The notes under the pieces: model-generated
What the model was told of the DNA's origin: nothing
Databases searched by the model: none
The model's input: only the letters and a program-made list of their open reading frames with translations
DNA from: a candidate division FCPU426 bacterium
GTDB taxonomy: Bacteria; Oederibacteriota; PGYV01; Palsa-1178
Direction of reading: 5' to 3'
NCBI GenBank assembly: GCA_963840035.1
Contig: CAWIXE010000002.1
Span: 384,001 to 448,000, forward strand
DNA: 64,000 nucleotides
Translations under genes and position numbers: made by a program
Part shown: piece after piece, positions 1-8,347 of the stretch
How the letters are laid out: every line of letters starts with the position of its first letter
Position numbering within the stretch: the stretch's first letter is position 1

Positions 1-10
1 CGCATCGGTT

Positions 11-589
11 GTGAATAAAAAAGATGTGCAGCTTGGCTGGAAACCGGCGGTTGCGGGAGATTACGCGCTGAATTCGTATGTTGTTTTCAGGAGTTCGGAC
101 GGCGGCGGCCTGTACACCAGGCTTGATGAGATAGCGCACAATCCTTTAACCACGGATTACAGCTACCTTGACACGGCCACATCGTGGGGCAATGATTATA
201 TTTACATGGTTAAAGTATCGGATGTCATGGGAAATACCGATACAGCCTACGGGATTGCAAGCGTCAGCCTGCAGAAACCTGAAAATAAGCTCAGGGTATT
301 TAAAAATATGATCAATACCGGCAATTCCGAAAAGGTCGTAATAAGGTATTTTGTCGTGCAAAAGGGCATGGCCCGCGTGAGGATATACAGCTTAAGCGGC
401 GAATTTATAAATGAGCTTGCCAATGACCGCTTAAGCGTTAATTACAGCGTTGACAACCCCTATGAGAGCCCGGATATTTCCTGGGACGGAAAAAACAGGA
501 GCGGGCAGAGGGTGGCTTCAGGAGTCTACCTAATCACCCTTGAAACGGACGCGGGACGCGTGACAGAGAGGGTTGCGGTTATAAAATAA
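11..589 (+). CDS. C-terminal part of a secreted protein: FN3-like domain followed by a FlgD-Ig/T9SS-like C-terminal domain (gene probably starts upstream of the window)
   Basis: FN3-like 'VQLGWKP...YVVFRS...YSYLDT...YIYMVKVSD'; terminal 'VRIYSLSGEFI...ISWDGKNRSGQRVASGVYLITL...RVAVIK'. Confidence 0.65.
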   Translation: MNKKDVQLGWKPAVAGDYALNSYVVFRSSDGGGLYTRLDEIAHNPLTTDYSYLDTATSWGNDYIYMVKVSDVMGNTDTAYGIASVSLQKPENKLRVFKNMINTGNSEKVVIRYFVVQKGMARVRIYSLSGEFINELANDRLSVNYSVDNPYESPDISWDGKNRSGQRVASGVYLITLETDAGRVTERVAVIK

Positions 590-594
590 ACGGT

Positions 595-690
595 ATTTTA
601 CATTTTATATTTTCAATTTTCAATTAGTGAGACATAAGGAGCGCTTTGTTTTTTATAATTGAAAATTGAAAATTTAGAATTGAAAATTCA
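595..690. repeat. 7-bp-period inverted-arm hairpin (TTCAATT)n...(AATTGAA)n
   Basis: ttttacattttatattttcaattttcaatt ... aattgaaaattgaaaatttagaattgaaaatt. Confidence 0.85.
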
Positions 691-700
691 ACGGAGACGT

Positions 701-2446
701 ATGGCTAAGATAAATGTGCTGCCCGAGAACGTTGCGAACCAGATAGCGGCCGGTGAAGTTATCGCCAGGCCGTCTTCGTGTGTGAAAGAACTCCTTGAAA
801 ATTCCATTGACTCAGGCGCTTTAAATATAATTATAAATATTGAGGACGCGGGCAAGAAACTTATTGAGGTAAAAGACGACGGATGCGGCATGCCCGCGGA
901 AGACCTGAAAAATTCCTTTCTGAGGCACGCAACCAGCAAAATAAAGTCCATTGAGGATTTAAATTATATAGAAACCCTTGGCTTCAGGGGAGAAGCGCTT
1001 GCGTCGATAGCTTCGGTGGCCAGGGTTAAGGCGGTATCTTCCGACAATGCGTCAGGACAGGGAAGCCTTATAGTCATTGAAGGCGGTAAAATAAAAAAGG
1101 AAACTCCTGAAGCGTCAAACAAAGGCACGGTCATAACCGTAAAAGACCTCTTCTATAATACGCCGGCCAGGCTTAAATTTCTGAAATCCAACCATACTGA
1201 GGAATCACACATTATCGAAACGGTTACCTATGAAGGCCTTTCAAGGGAAGGCATTTCCATAAAGCTTGTTATCGACGGAAAAGACGTCTTGTTCTTCCCC
1301 AAAGCCAGCACACTTAAAGACAGGATAAGGATAATAAACGGCAGGGAAGTATCTGATGCGCTTGTGGATATAAGCTGCTTTAATGACAATATCAAAGTGT
1401 TCGGCATGATTGCGAAACCCTCGGTTAATAAAAGCAGCAGGGCTTCGCAGTATTTCTTTGTCAACAACAGAAACATACAAAGCAGGTCGTTAGCCTACGC
1501 GGTTTATGAAGGCTATGGCACCCTGCTCATGAAGGGGAAATACCCGTTTACATATATATTCCTTGATATTAATCCTTCCCTGGTGGACGTCAATGTACAC
1601 CCGACAAAGACCGAGGTTAAATTCAGGGAGGAACGGTTTGTTTATAATGCCGTTAAAAAGGCGGTTGAGGACTCTTTAAGGCTGAATGAACTGACCCCTG
1701 AGGCTGCGGCGCAGGATACGAAGATAAGCGCCGATACAATAAAAGAGGCTGTGAAAGATTCGATCACGCAGTATTTTGCCAGTGAAACGACAGAACTTTT
1801 CGGCGGGCCGCGTCTTGAGATGAAAAGGTCAAATATTGATACCCCGCGCGCTCCGGCGTCGAGGGAATACCTTAACCTTAAAGCCATGGGCCAGGTCCAT
1901 AAAACTTATATAGTCGGCGAGGATAACGACAACCTTGTGGTGATTGACCAGCACGCCGCCCATGAAAAGGCGCTGTATGAGGAAATAATGGATGAAATTG
2001 AGAACGGGGAAATGAACATACAGGAAATGCTTATTCCGGAGGTTATTGAAGTGGCCCCTTCGGAAAAACCGCTTATAGAATCAAATAAAGAACTCTTTAA
2101 TAAACTCGGATTTTACCTCGATGAATTCGGGGTTAATGAATATAAGATATCAGCCCATCCGGTTATAATACGCCATAAGGCGGCAGCCCCCTTTGTCAAG
2201 GAAATGATAAGCATTATCAGGGAAAAAGGTACTGCCGGAGAAAAGGACGTTTTAAAGCATTTAACCGCGACTATGGCGTGCAGGGCCGCGGTAAAAGCCG
2301 GGGATGAATTAAAGGATGCGGAGATAGAGGAACTTTTAAGGAAGTATTTTATCCTTAAAGACCCGCACAGCTGTCCGCACGGCAGGCCGCCTGTCATAAA
2401 GATACCGTTCATCGAGATAGAGAAGATGTTTAAGAGGAAGTTATAA
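701..2446 (+). CDS. mutL: DNA mismatch repair endonuclease MutL
   Basis: ANQIAAGEVI, KELLENSID, GFRGEALASI, DVNVHPTK, DQHAAHE endonuclease motif, CPHGRP; ATG at 701 after GGAG. Confidence 0.97.
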   Translation: MAKINVLPENVANQIAAGEVIARPSSCVKELLENSIDSGALNIIINIEDAGKKLIEVKDDGCGMPAEDLKNSFLRHATSKIKSIEDLNYIETLGFRGEALASIASVARVKAVSSDNASGQGSLIVIEGGKIKKETPEASNKGTVITVKDLFYNTPARLKFLKSNHTEESHIIETVTYEGLSREGISIKLVIDGKDVLFFPKASTLKDRIRIINGREVSDALVDISCFNDNIKVFGMIAKPSVNKSSRASQYFFVNNRNIQSRSLAYAVYEGYGTLLMKGKYPFTYIFLDINPSLVDVNVHPTKTEVKFREERFVYNAVKKAVEDSLRLNELTPEAAAQDTKISADTIKEAVKDSITQYFASETTELFGGPRLEMKRSNIDTPRAPASREYLNLKAMGQVHKTYIVGEDNDNLVVIDQHAAHEKALYEEIMDEIENGEMNIQEMLIPEVIEVAPSEKPLIESNKELFNKLGFYLDEFGVNEYKISAHPVIIRHKAAAPFVKEMISIIREKGTAGEKDVLKHLTATMACRAAVKAGDELKDAEIEELLRKYFILKDPHSCPHGRPPVIKIPFIEIEKMFKRKL

Positions 2447-2473
2447 TGAGGTCTTAAGGAATAAAGTCATTGT

Positions 2474-2547
2474 CCCAAGCCCCAAGACTCAGGACCCAAG
2501 TTGGATCTTTGTTTAATACTTGGGTCATGGGTCCTGAGACTTGGGTC
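2474..2547. repeat. 7-bp-period inverted-arm hairpin (CCCAAGA)n...(TCTTGGG)n
   Basis: cccaagccccaagactcaggacccaag ... cttgggtcatgggtcctgagacttggg. Confidence 0.8.
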
Positions 2548-2583
2548 GAAAAACTTTGGTCCTGCGACACAAAGGGGTTTTTT

Positions 2584-3492
2584 ATGTTTTACATCATAGG
2601 AGGGGCGACCGGTACGGGAAAGTCCTCGGTTGCCATTGAACTTGCAAAAAAGATAAACGGGGAAATAATATCGGCGGATTCAATGCAGATATATGAGGGC
2701 ATGGACATCGGCACTTATAAAACGCCTGTTAAAGACCGCGGCGGAATACCGCACCATTTGATAGACATAGTTAAGCCCGGCGAAAATTTTTCGGCAAGCG
2801 CCTATAAGCGGGATGCTGAAATAATAATGGACGGCATAAAAAAACGAGGCAGGATTCCAATAATAGCCGGCGGGACAGGGCTTTACATAACCGCCATTAT
2901 AAAAGGGCTGATGCCTTCCGCTGAACCTGACGGGAATTTAAGGGCTGAACTCAGGGGGAAGTTTGAGAAACAGGGGCTCGGTCCGCTGGTAAAGCTGCTG
3001 GAAGAAAAAGACCCTGAAGCCGCGAAAGAAACAGACCTAAAAAACAGCAGGCGCGTCATAAGGGCCCTGGAGCTGATAATATCCAATGGCATGAAACTTT
3101 CTGATATAAAGAAAAAAACGGCAGGGACGGCATACCCCGATGATTATAAGTTCTTTGTTCTGAGCATTAATAAGGAAAAACTTTACCCCGCGCTTGATAC
3201 GCGGGTTGATAACATGATAAAGCAGGGGCTTTTTGCCGAGGTTGAAGCTCTTCTAAAGTCAGGACTGCCTGTTGATTCCACGGCCTTTCAGGCTATAGGT
3301 TATAAGGAAAGCGTTGAATACCTTAATAAAAAGGCGGGCCTTCCGGAAACCGTTGAAAAGATAAAAAACGCCACAAGGCATTATGCAAAGAGGCAGGTAA
3401 CGTGGTTTAAAAAGTACGGCGAGGCAATGTGTTTAGACGCGTATGATGCAACACCCGCGTCACTTGCAGCGCAGATTCTTAATAACAGGTAG
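2584..3492 (+). CDS. miaA: tRNA dimethylallyltransferase
   Basis: GGATGTGKS, EIISADSMQIY, GGTGLY, TRHYAKRQVTWF; start moved to ATG 2584 because the upstream ORF extension is translated repeat. Confidence 0.95.
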   Translation: MFYIIGGATGTGKSSVAIELAKKINGEIISADSMQIYEGMDIGTYKTPVKDRGGIPHHLIDIVKPGENFSASAYKRDAEIIMDGIKKRGRIPIIAGGTGLYITAIIKGLMPSAEPDGNLRAELRGKFEKQGLGPLVKLLEEKDPEAAKETDLKNSRRVIRALELIISNGMKLSDIKKKTAGTAYPDDYKFFVLSINKEKLYPALDTRVDNMIKQGLFAEVEALLKSGLPVDSTAFQAIGYKESVEYLNKKAGLPETVEKIKNATRHYAKRQVTWFKKYGEAMCLDAYDATPASLAAQILNNR

Positions 3493-3542
3493 CCGCAGCC
3501 TCCATGTCCGTCGAAGCTTCAGCGGAGACGGATCAGGCTGCG
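3489..3542 (+). repeat. GTAG-REP (family A) interrupted by a second small palindrome
   Basis: gtagccgcagcct-[ccatgtccgtcgaagcttcagcggagacgga]-tcaggctgcg; flanks match the REPs at 39308 and 49181. Confidence 0.65.
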
Positions 3543-3556
3543 CAAGGATGGAAATA

Positions 3557-4081
3557 ATGGGAGTGCTAAGGGAACCAAAGCAGGAGAAGCTTATTATAGG
3601 CTTGATATATTCGTCTGTCGACGACCTGAAAAGAGTCGTTACAGCGCTTATGGAACGGTTCGGAGCCATGGATTATGAAAGCCCGGAGTTTGCGTTCGCG
3701 CATACTGATTACTACAAGGGCGAGATGGGGCCGGGGCTGAAAAGAAAGTTCCTTTCTTTTGAAAAACTTGTGAACGTGGAGTCGCTCGCGGAGTTTAAGC
3801 TTTTTACAAATAACCTCGAAGATACCATGCTCTTTGACGGCACGGATAAAAGGCGGATAAACATAGACCCGGGACTTATTTCCGAGCCAAAACTTATCCT
3901 CGCGTCCACAAAGAACTTTACCCACCGCATCTACATTGGCAAGGGCATATGGGCTGAAGTGACGCTCCGTTACATAGGCAATACCTACACAACCCTCGAA
4001 TGGACCTACCCCGATTATGCCAACCCTGAACATATTAGGATATTTAATATGATAAGGGAGAAGTATAGAAAACAGTTGTAA
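3557..4081 (+). CDS. DUF4416 family protein
   Basis: TDYYKGEMGPGL, RRINIDPG, ASTKNFTHRIY, WTYPDY. Confidence 0.85.
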   Translation: MGVLREPKQEKLIIGLIYSSVDDLKRVVTALMERFGAMDYESPEFAFAHTDYYKGEMGPGLKRKFLSFEKLVNVESLAEFKLFTNNLEDTMLFDGTDKRRINIDPGLISEPKLILASTKNFTHRIYIGKGIWAEVTLRYIGNTYTTLEWTYPDYANPEHIRIFNMIREKYRKQL

Positions 4082-4104
4082 TTGCGATTCTAAATTCTAG
4101 ATTC

Positions 4105-5160
4105 TTGAATTCAAGGTAAAAGTGCAACACTTCTGTTAAAATCTTTATGTCGAGTAAAGAATACAGAAGGAGGTTGCACCAATGAAATTATACAAGCATT
4201 TAGGCATAGAAGAAAGAGCAAAAATTGTTATTTTACAGGACCAAGGGTTCACAGTTGGTGAAATAGCAGCTGAGCTTGGAAGACACAGATCCACGATACA
4301 CAGAGAAATAACTAGGAACAGCAACATAGAAACCGGAGAATATGTTGCTAGAGATGCAAACACATCATACAGACGAAGATTAAGTGTCCCCCAGGGCAGA
4401 ATAAGGGATACAGCAATAAAGTCGTATGTGATAGATAAACTTAAAAACGGTTGGTCTCCTGAAAGAATTTCAGGAAGGATAGCGGAAGAACTACCGGGGA
4501 AAAGTATTAGTACTGAAACAATATACATGTTTGTATATAAAGAAGAGCCGGGATTTAGAGGATGTTTAACTAGGCACCACATGAAAAGGCACTTAAAAGG
4601 TCAGAGAAAGACGCATACAAAAGGTCGTATACCCAATAAAATATCAATAGAATTAAGGCCTAAACAAATAGACGAACGTAAACAGGTCGGGCATTGGGAA
4701 AGCGACACAATGGCTGGATTACAAAAGAAAAATTCAGGACTAACCTTTACAGTGGAAAGAAAAACACGGTTAACGAAGATATATAAGTTAAGAGTAATAA
4801 CCGCAAGGCATAACAGAAGAAACATAATGAAATCATTACGAAGTGTGCCTGAAGGCGTTCGGTTAAGCATAACTTATGACAACTGAAAAGAAAATGTTGA
4901 GCACGAAAAGATTAATAAACAGATAGGGTGTAAATCATACTTTTGCCATGAAAAAAGTCCCTATGAAAAAGGCACGGTTGAGAACACAATAGGATTGGCG
5001 AGAAGGATATACCCAAAAGGCACAGACTTTGATATGATAAGCTCCGGCAGGATAAAAGAACTTGAAAATTGGCTGAATAATTTACCAAGGAAATGTTTGG
5101 GCTGGAAAACTCCAAACGAAGCATTTAACAAGATGTGTTGCACTTAAACATTGAATGTAG
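4105..5160 (+). mobile_element. IS30-family insertion sequence with ~26-bp imperfect terminal inverted repeats
   Basis: IRL ttgaattcaaggtaaaagtgcaacac (4105-4130) vs reverse complement of IRR ctacattcaatgtttaagtgcaacac (5135-5160); encloses an IS30 transposase. Confidence 0.9.
4182..5147 (+). pseudogene. IS30-family transposase with an in-frame TGA at 4884-4886
   Basis: HTH 'IAAELGRHRSTIHREI', WSPERI, GHWESDT, ITYDN*KE (normally DNG.E); same frame continues 'SPYEKGTVENTIG...NNLPRKCLGWKTP' to TAA 5147 (321 codons). Confidence 0.9.
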
Positions 5161-5232
5161 CATTCCAGATTTTAGATTAAAACTACAATCCAGAATCTAG
5201 AATCCGGAATTTAGAATCCCACCTGAAAACCC

Positions 5233-5261
5233 TTGACTTTAAAACATACATATCGTATACT
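5233..5261 (+). promoter_or_regulatory. sigma70-type promoter of the radical SAM operon
   Basis: TTGACT-N17-TATACT. Confidence 0.6.
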
Positions 5262-5299
5262 TTCATTGCGGCGCAGTATACACCAAAAAGGAAGGTATT

Positions 5300-6593
5300 A
5301 TGGAACTCTCTGAAAAGCTCATCATTTTAGGGGAAGGGGCAAAATATGATGTTTCATGCTCATCTTCGGGAAGTTACAGAAAAAATAAGGCCGGAGGCAT
5401 GGGCGATGCCATGCCCGCGGGTTGCCTGCCATACATTTACCTCTGACGGCAGGTGCATTTCACTTCTTAAGATACTCCTTACTAATATGTGCATATATGA
5501 CTGCGCTTACTGTGTTAACAGAAGATCAAATGATATAAAGCGCGCTGTTTTGACGCCTGAAGAGCTCGCCGGGCTGGCAGTTAATTTTTACAAGCGTAAT
5601 TACATTGAAGGGCTGTTCATCAGTTCAGGCGTAATAAACAGCCCTGATTACACAATGGAACTGATGATTAAGGCGGTCAGGTTATTGCGGGAGGTTCATC
5701 TTTTTAACGGGTATATTCATTTTAAGGCCATACCAGGCGCGTCGCCTGAATTGATAGAAGCGGCGGGCCGGCTGGTAGACCGTATGAGCGTGAATATGGA
5801 GCTTGCAAACGAAAGCGGACTTAAGCTGCTTGCCCCTGACAAGAACCACAGGGACATACTTACCCCTATGAAACAAATCAGCGATGGAATAATTGCATAT
5901 AAAAAGGAAAGCGCTGTGATACGCTCAACCCCGCGGTTTGTGCCTGCCGGGCAGTCGACGCAGCTAATCGTGGGAGCGACGGATGAAACAGACTTAAGCC
6001 TTGTAAAACTTTCCGCGAATCTATATGAGTCCATGAAATTAAAAAGGGTATATTATTCCGCGTATGTTCATGTGAATACCGATTCAAGGCTGCCTCTGCT
6101 GAATGAAACACCGCTCCTGCGCGAGAACAGGTTATACCAGGCTGACTGGCTTATGCGTTTTTACGGATTTAAGGCGGATGAAATACTTGATGAGTCAAAC
6201 CCGTTTTTTGACCCGTCACTTGACCCTAAAGCCGCATGGGCGCTGCGAAATCTGGACAGGTTTCCGATGGAAGCAAATACCGCGGAATACGAGGAATTAT
6301 TGCGTGTTCCGGGTATAGGCGTACGTTCGGCGCAGAGGATAATAAGGGCGCGGCGGGTAAAATCTCTGCAAACTGATGATATGAAAAAACTCGGAGTTGT
6401 TATGAAACGCGCGAAGTATTTCCTGACAGTAAGCGGAAAATACGCGGCAGAGGCTGTAATGAAGGAAAAGATGATACGGTATAAAATGCTTGAAAAACCT
6501 AAAAAGAACTATGAGCAGCTGAACCTGTTCGCGGGACAGCAGGCATTAAACGCGGTTGAAGACGCGCATAAAGCGATAACGGGGGAGCTGTAA
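5300..6593 (+). CDS. Putative DNA modification/repair radical SAM protein (TIGR03916-type) with an apparent +1 frameshift near 5423-5426
   Basis: N-terminus MELSEKLIILGEGAKYDVSCSSSG begins at ATG 5300 in another frame; 'CHTFTSDGRCISLLK', CxxxCxxC (CIYDCAYC), 'RENRLYQADWLMRFY' and HhH 'LRVPGIG' lie in the 5346 frame. Confidence 0.85.
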
Positions 6594-6598
6594 CGTTG

Positions 6599-7136
6599 TC
6601 CCCCTCCCCCTCGAAGGGGGAGGGCCGGGGAGAGGGTGTAGTAGGGACAATTTATATGTAACTACCTCAACGGAGGAATCAAAATTGGTTGATTTAAAAG
6701 TTTTTGCGCGCAAGCTTCGTAAAGACTCAACAGACGCAGAGAAGAAACTGTGGCAGCATATAAGGGCAAAACAACTATGCGGATTTAAATTTAGAAGGCA
6801 ACAGCAATTGGGGCCATATATAGCGGATTTTTATTGTTCTGAGAAAAGGCTGGTTGTGGAATTGGATGGGGGACAACATGCGGACAATAGAAATGATGCA
6901 GAAAGGGATACTTATTTAGAAAGTAAAGGTATAAGGGTAGTAAGGATTTGGAATAATGATATATTTGCTAACGTGGAAGGTGTGCTGGAATATATAAACA
7001 TTCTGCTTGAAGAAAGGGTTGATAGTTATAGGTATTTTAAGAAACGGTGTGTTAGGCGCAAGGGTGGGGTTGGTATTAAGTTTTCAGCCGCTGCAACACC
7101 CCCATCCCGGCCTTCCCCCTTGGAGGGGGAAGGGGA
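6599..7136. mobile_element. Putative DUF559 cassette bounded by 40-bp hairpin-containing inverted repeats
   Basis: 6599-6638 vs reverse complement of 7097-7136: 34/40 identical, each with an internal 10-bp stem. Confidence 0.65.
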
Positions 7137-7161
7137 AGAACCGCACAAGGGCCGAAAATGA
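6685..7161 (+). CDS. DUF559 / Vsr-like (PD-(D/E)XK) endonuclease domain protein
   Basis: ARKLRKDSTDAEKKLW, FRRQ, YIADFYC, LVVELDGGQH, DAERDTYL, VVRIWNND; RBS GGAGG before TTG. Confidence 0.9.
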   Translation: MVDLKVFARKLRKDSTDAEKKLWQHIRAKQLCGFKFRRQQQLGPYIADFYCSEKRLVVELDGGQHADNRNDAERDTYLESKGIRVVRIWNNDIFANVEGVLEYINILLEERVDSYRYFKKRCVRRKGGVGIKFSAAATPPSRPSPLEGEGEEPHKGRK

Positions 7162-7910
7162 ATTCCAAAACATACTTATATGACGGCACTTTTTTCGGGC
7201 TGCTTTCACTTATATATCGTCTTATTTCCTTAAATGAGGCGCCTGAAGATATCGTGAGCGAAGCAATGGAAAAGAAACAGGAATCGCTTTTCGGCGTTAA
7301 GCTGTTTGTTGAGACATCGCGTGATAATTATGAACTGATAAAAAAGATGATAATCGAAAAGATCGGAAAACCGTCTTTTGACGTGATAGCGTGGGCCTAT
7401 CTTTCTGAACTGCGGGGTATTGAGATGGCTGTTTACAAATATGTTTTATTCAGCCTTGAAAAGGGCGGGGATACTGACAGGTTTTTATCCGACAGCAGGG
7501 TTATGGAAATACACGGGGCATACAGAAAAATCTGCATGGAGTCGCACAGGTTCAAGGGGTTCCTGAGGTTTGAGGAGATAAAGCCGGGAGTGCTGTACGC
7601 AAAACTTGAGCCGGACTATAATATTATAATGATGCTGGCGTCCCACTTCAAAAGGCGGCTCTCCGGTTATAACTGGATCATACATGACAAAAAAAGGGGA
7701 ACCGCTGTTTTTTATGACAGGCACAAGTGCGTGCTAAAGGAGGCTGTGTCATTTGTGCTTCCTGATACGGCAGGAAATGAAGCGGCTTTCAGGAAAATGT
7801 GGGCAGGGTATTTTGGAGCCATGGGAATAAAAGAACGGAAAAATTACAGGCTTCAGCGCCAGCTCGTGCCTAAAAAATACAGAAAGAACATGGTGGAATT
7901 CAATAGCTGA
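7158..7910 (+). CDS. TIGR03915/DUF4130 family putative DNA repair protein (radical SAM partner)
   Basis: YLYDGTFFGLL, ESHRFKGFLRF, HFKRR, WIIHD, ERKNYRLQRQLVPKKY. Confidence 0.88.
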   Translation: MNSKTYLYDGTFFGLLSLIYRLISLNEAPEDIVSEAMEKKQESLFGVKLFVETSRDNYELIKKMIIEKIGKPSFDVIAWAYLSELRGIEMAVYKYVLFSLEKGGDTDRFLSDSRVMEIHGAYRKICMESHRFKGFLRFEEIKPGVLYAKLEPDYNIIMMLASHFKRRLSGYNWIIHDKKRGTAVFYDRHKCVLKEAVSFVLPDTAGNEAAFRKMWAGYFGAMGIKERKNYRLQRQLVPKKYRKNMVEFNS

Positions 7911-7960
7911 ACCGGGAATACCAGCCAATAACCAATAACCGGATAGACATTAAATAATGC

Positions 7961-7983
7961 GGGCGGGATGAATCCCGCCTTTT
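7961..7983 (+). terminator. Rho-independent terminator
   Basis: ggcgggat-ga-atcccgcc followed by tttt. Confidence 0.6.
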
Positions 7984-8244
7984 ATGATAAAAGTCGCAAA
8001 GCGACACATTATTTATTGGCTAAATGTTAATTGGCTATTGGTTAAAAACAGATTTTGGTCTCACCTGTATATAAACGTTTTAATAGAAAACAGGTTTTCC
8101 CGGTTTGTGTTTATTTATTTGCCAAAATCGGTTATTTTAGCGAAAGATGTAGTATTTTGTAAGAAATTTTACCCTTTTTTTATCGTTTTTTACCCCTGTT
8201 TTTGCCACTTTTAGCCATATTTTAAAGGCATAAGAAAAAATAAA

Positions 8245-8273
8245 TTGACATAAAAAATGTAATATGTTATCTT
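8245..8273 (+). promoter_or_regulatory. sigma70-type promoter upstream of the PorV-like/flagellar operon
   Basis: TTGACA-N17-TATCTT with extended -10 TG and an AT-rich upstream tract. Confidence 0.65.
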
Positions 8274-8347
8274 AAATCACTTGCACAGAATTCAGAGTTG
8301 CAACGTGTTTTTACATATTGGAATAGCATACTTATCAGGAGGCTATT

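Noticed and set aside
659..700. N-terminal extensions in the ORF track for mutL (also miaA 2470, DUF4416 3443, yebC 38385, rplM 49897)
   Set aside because: They translate repeats or promoter DNA; family-typical starts lie downstream.
5400..5450. Programmed ribosomal frameshifting in the radical SAM gene (and in flgH at ~15040)
   Set aside because: No slippery sequence or stimulatory structure is evident; an indel error or mutation is simpler.
7984..8214. 76-aa ORF
   Set aside because: Low-complexity T-rich promoter region including a heptamer arm; no RBS or recognisable motif.
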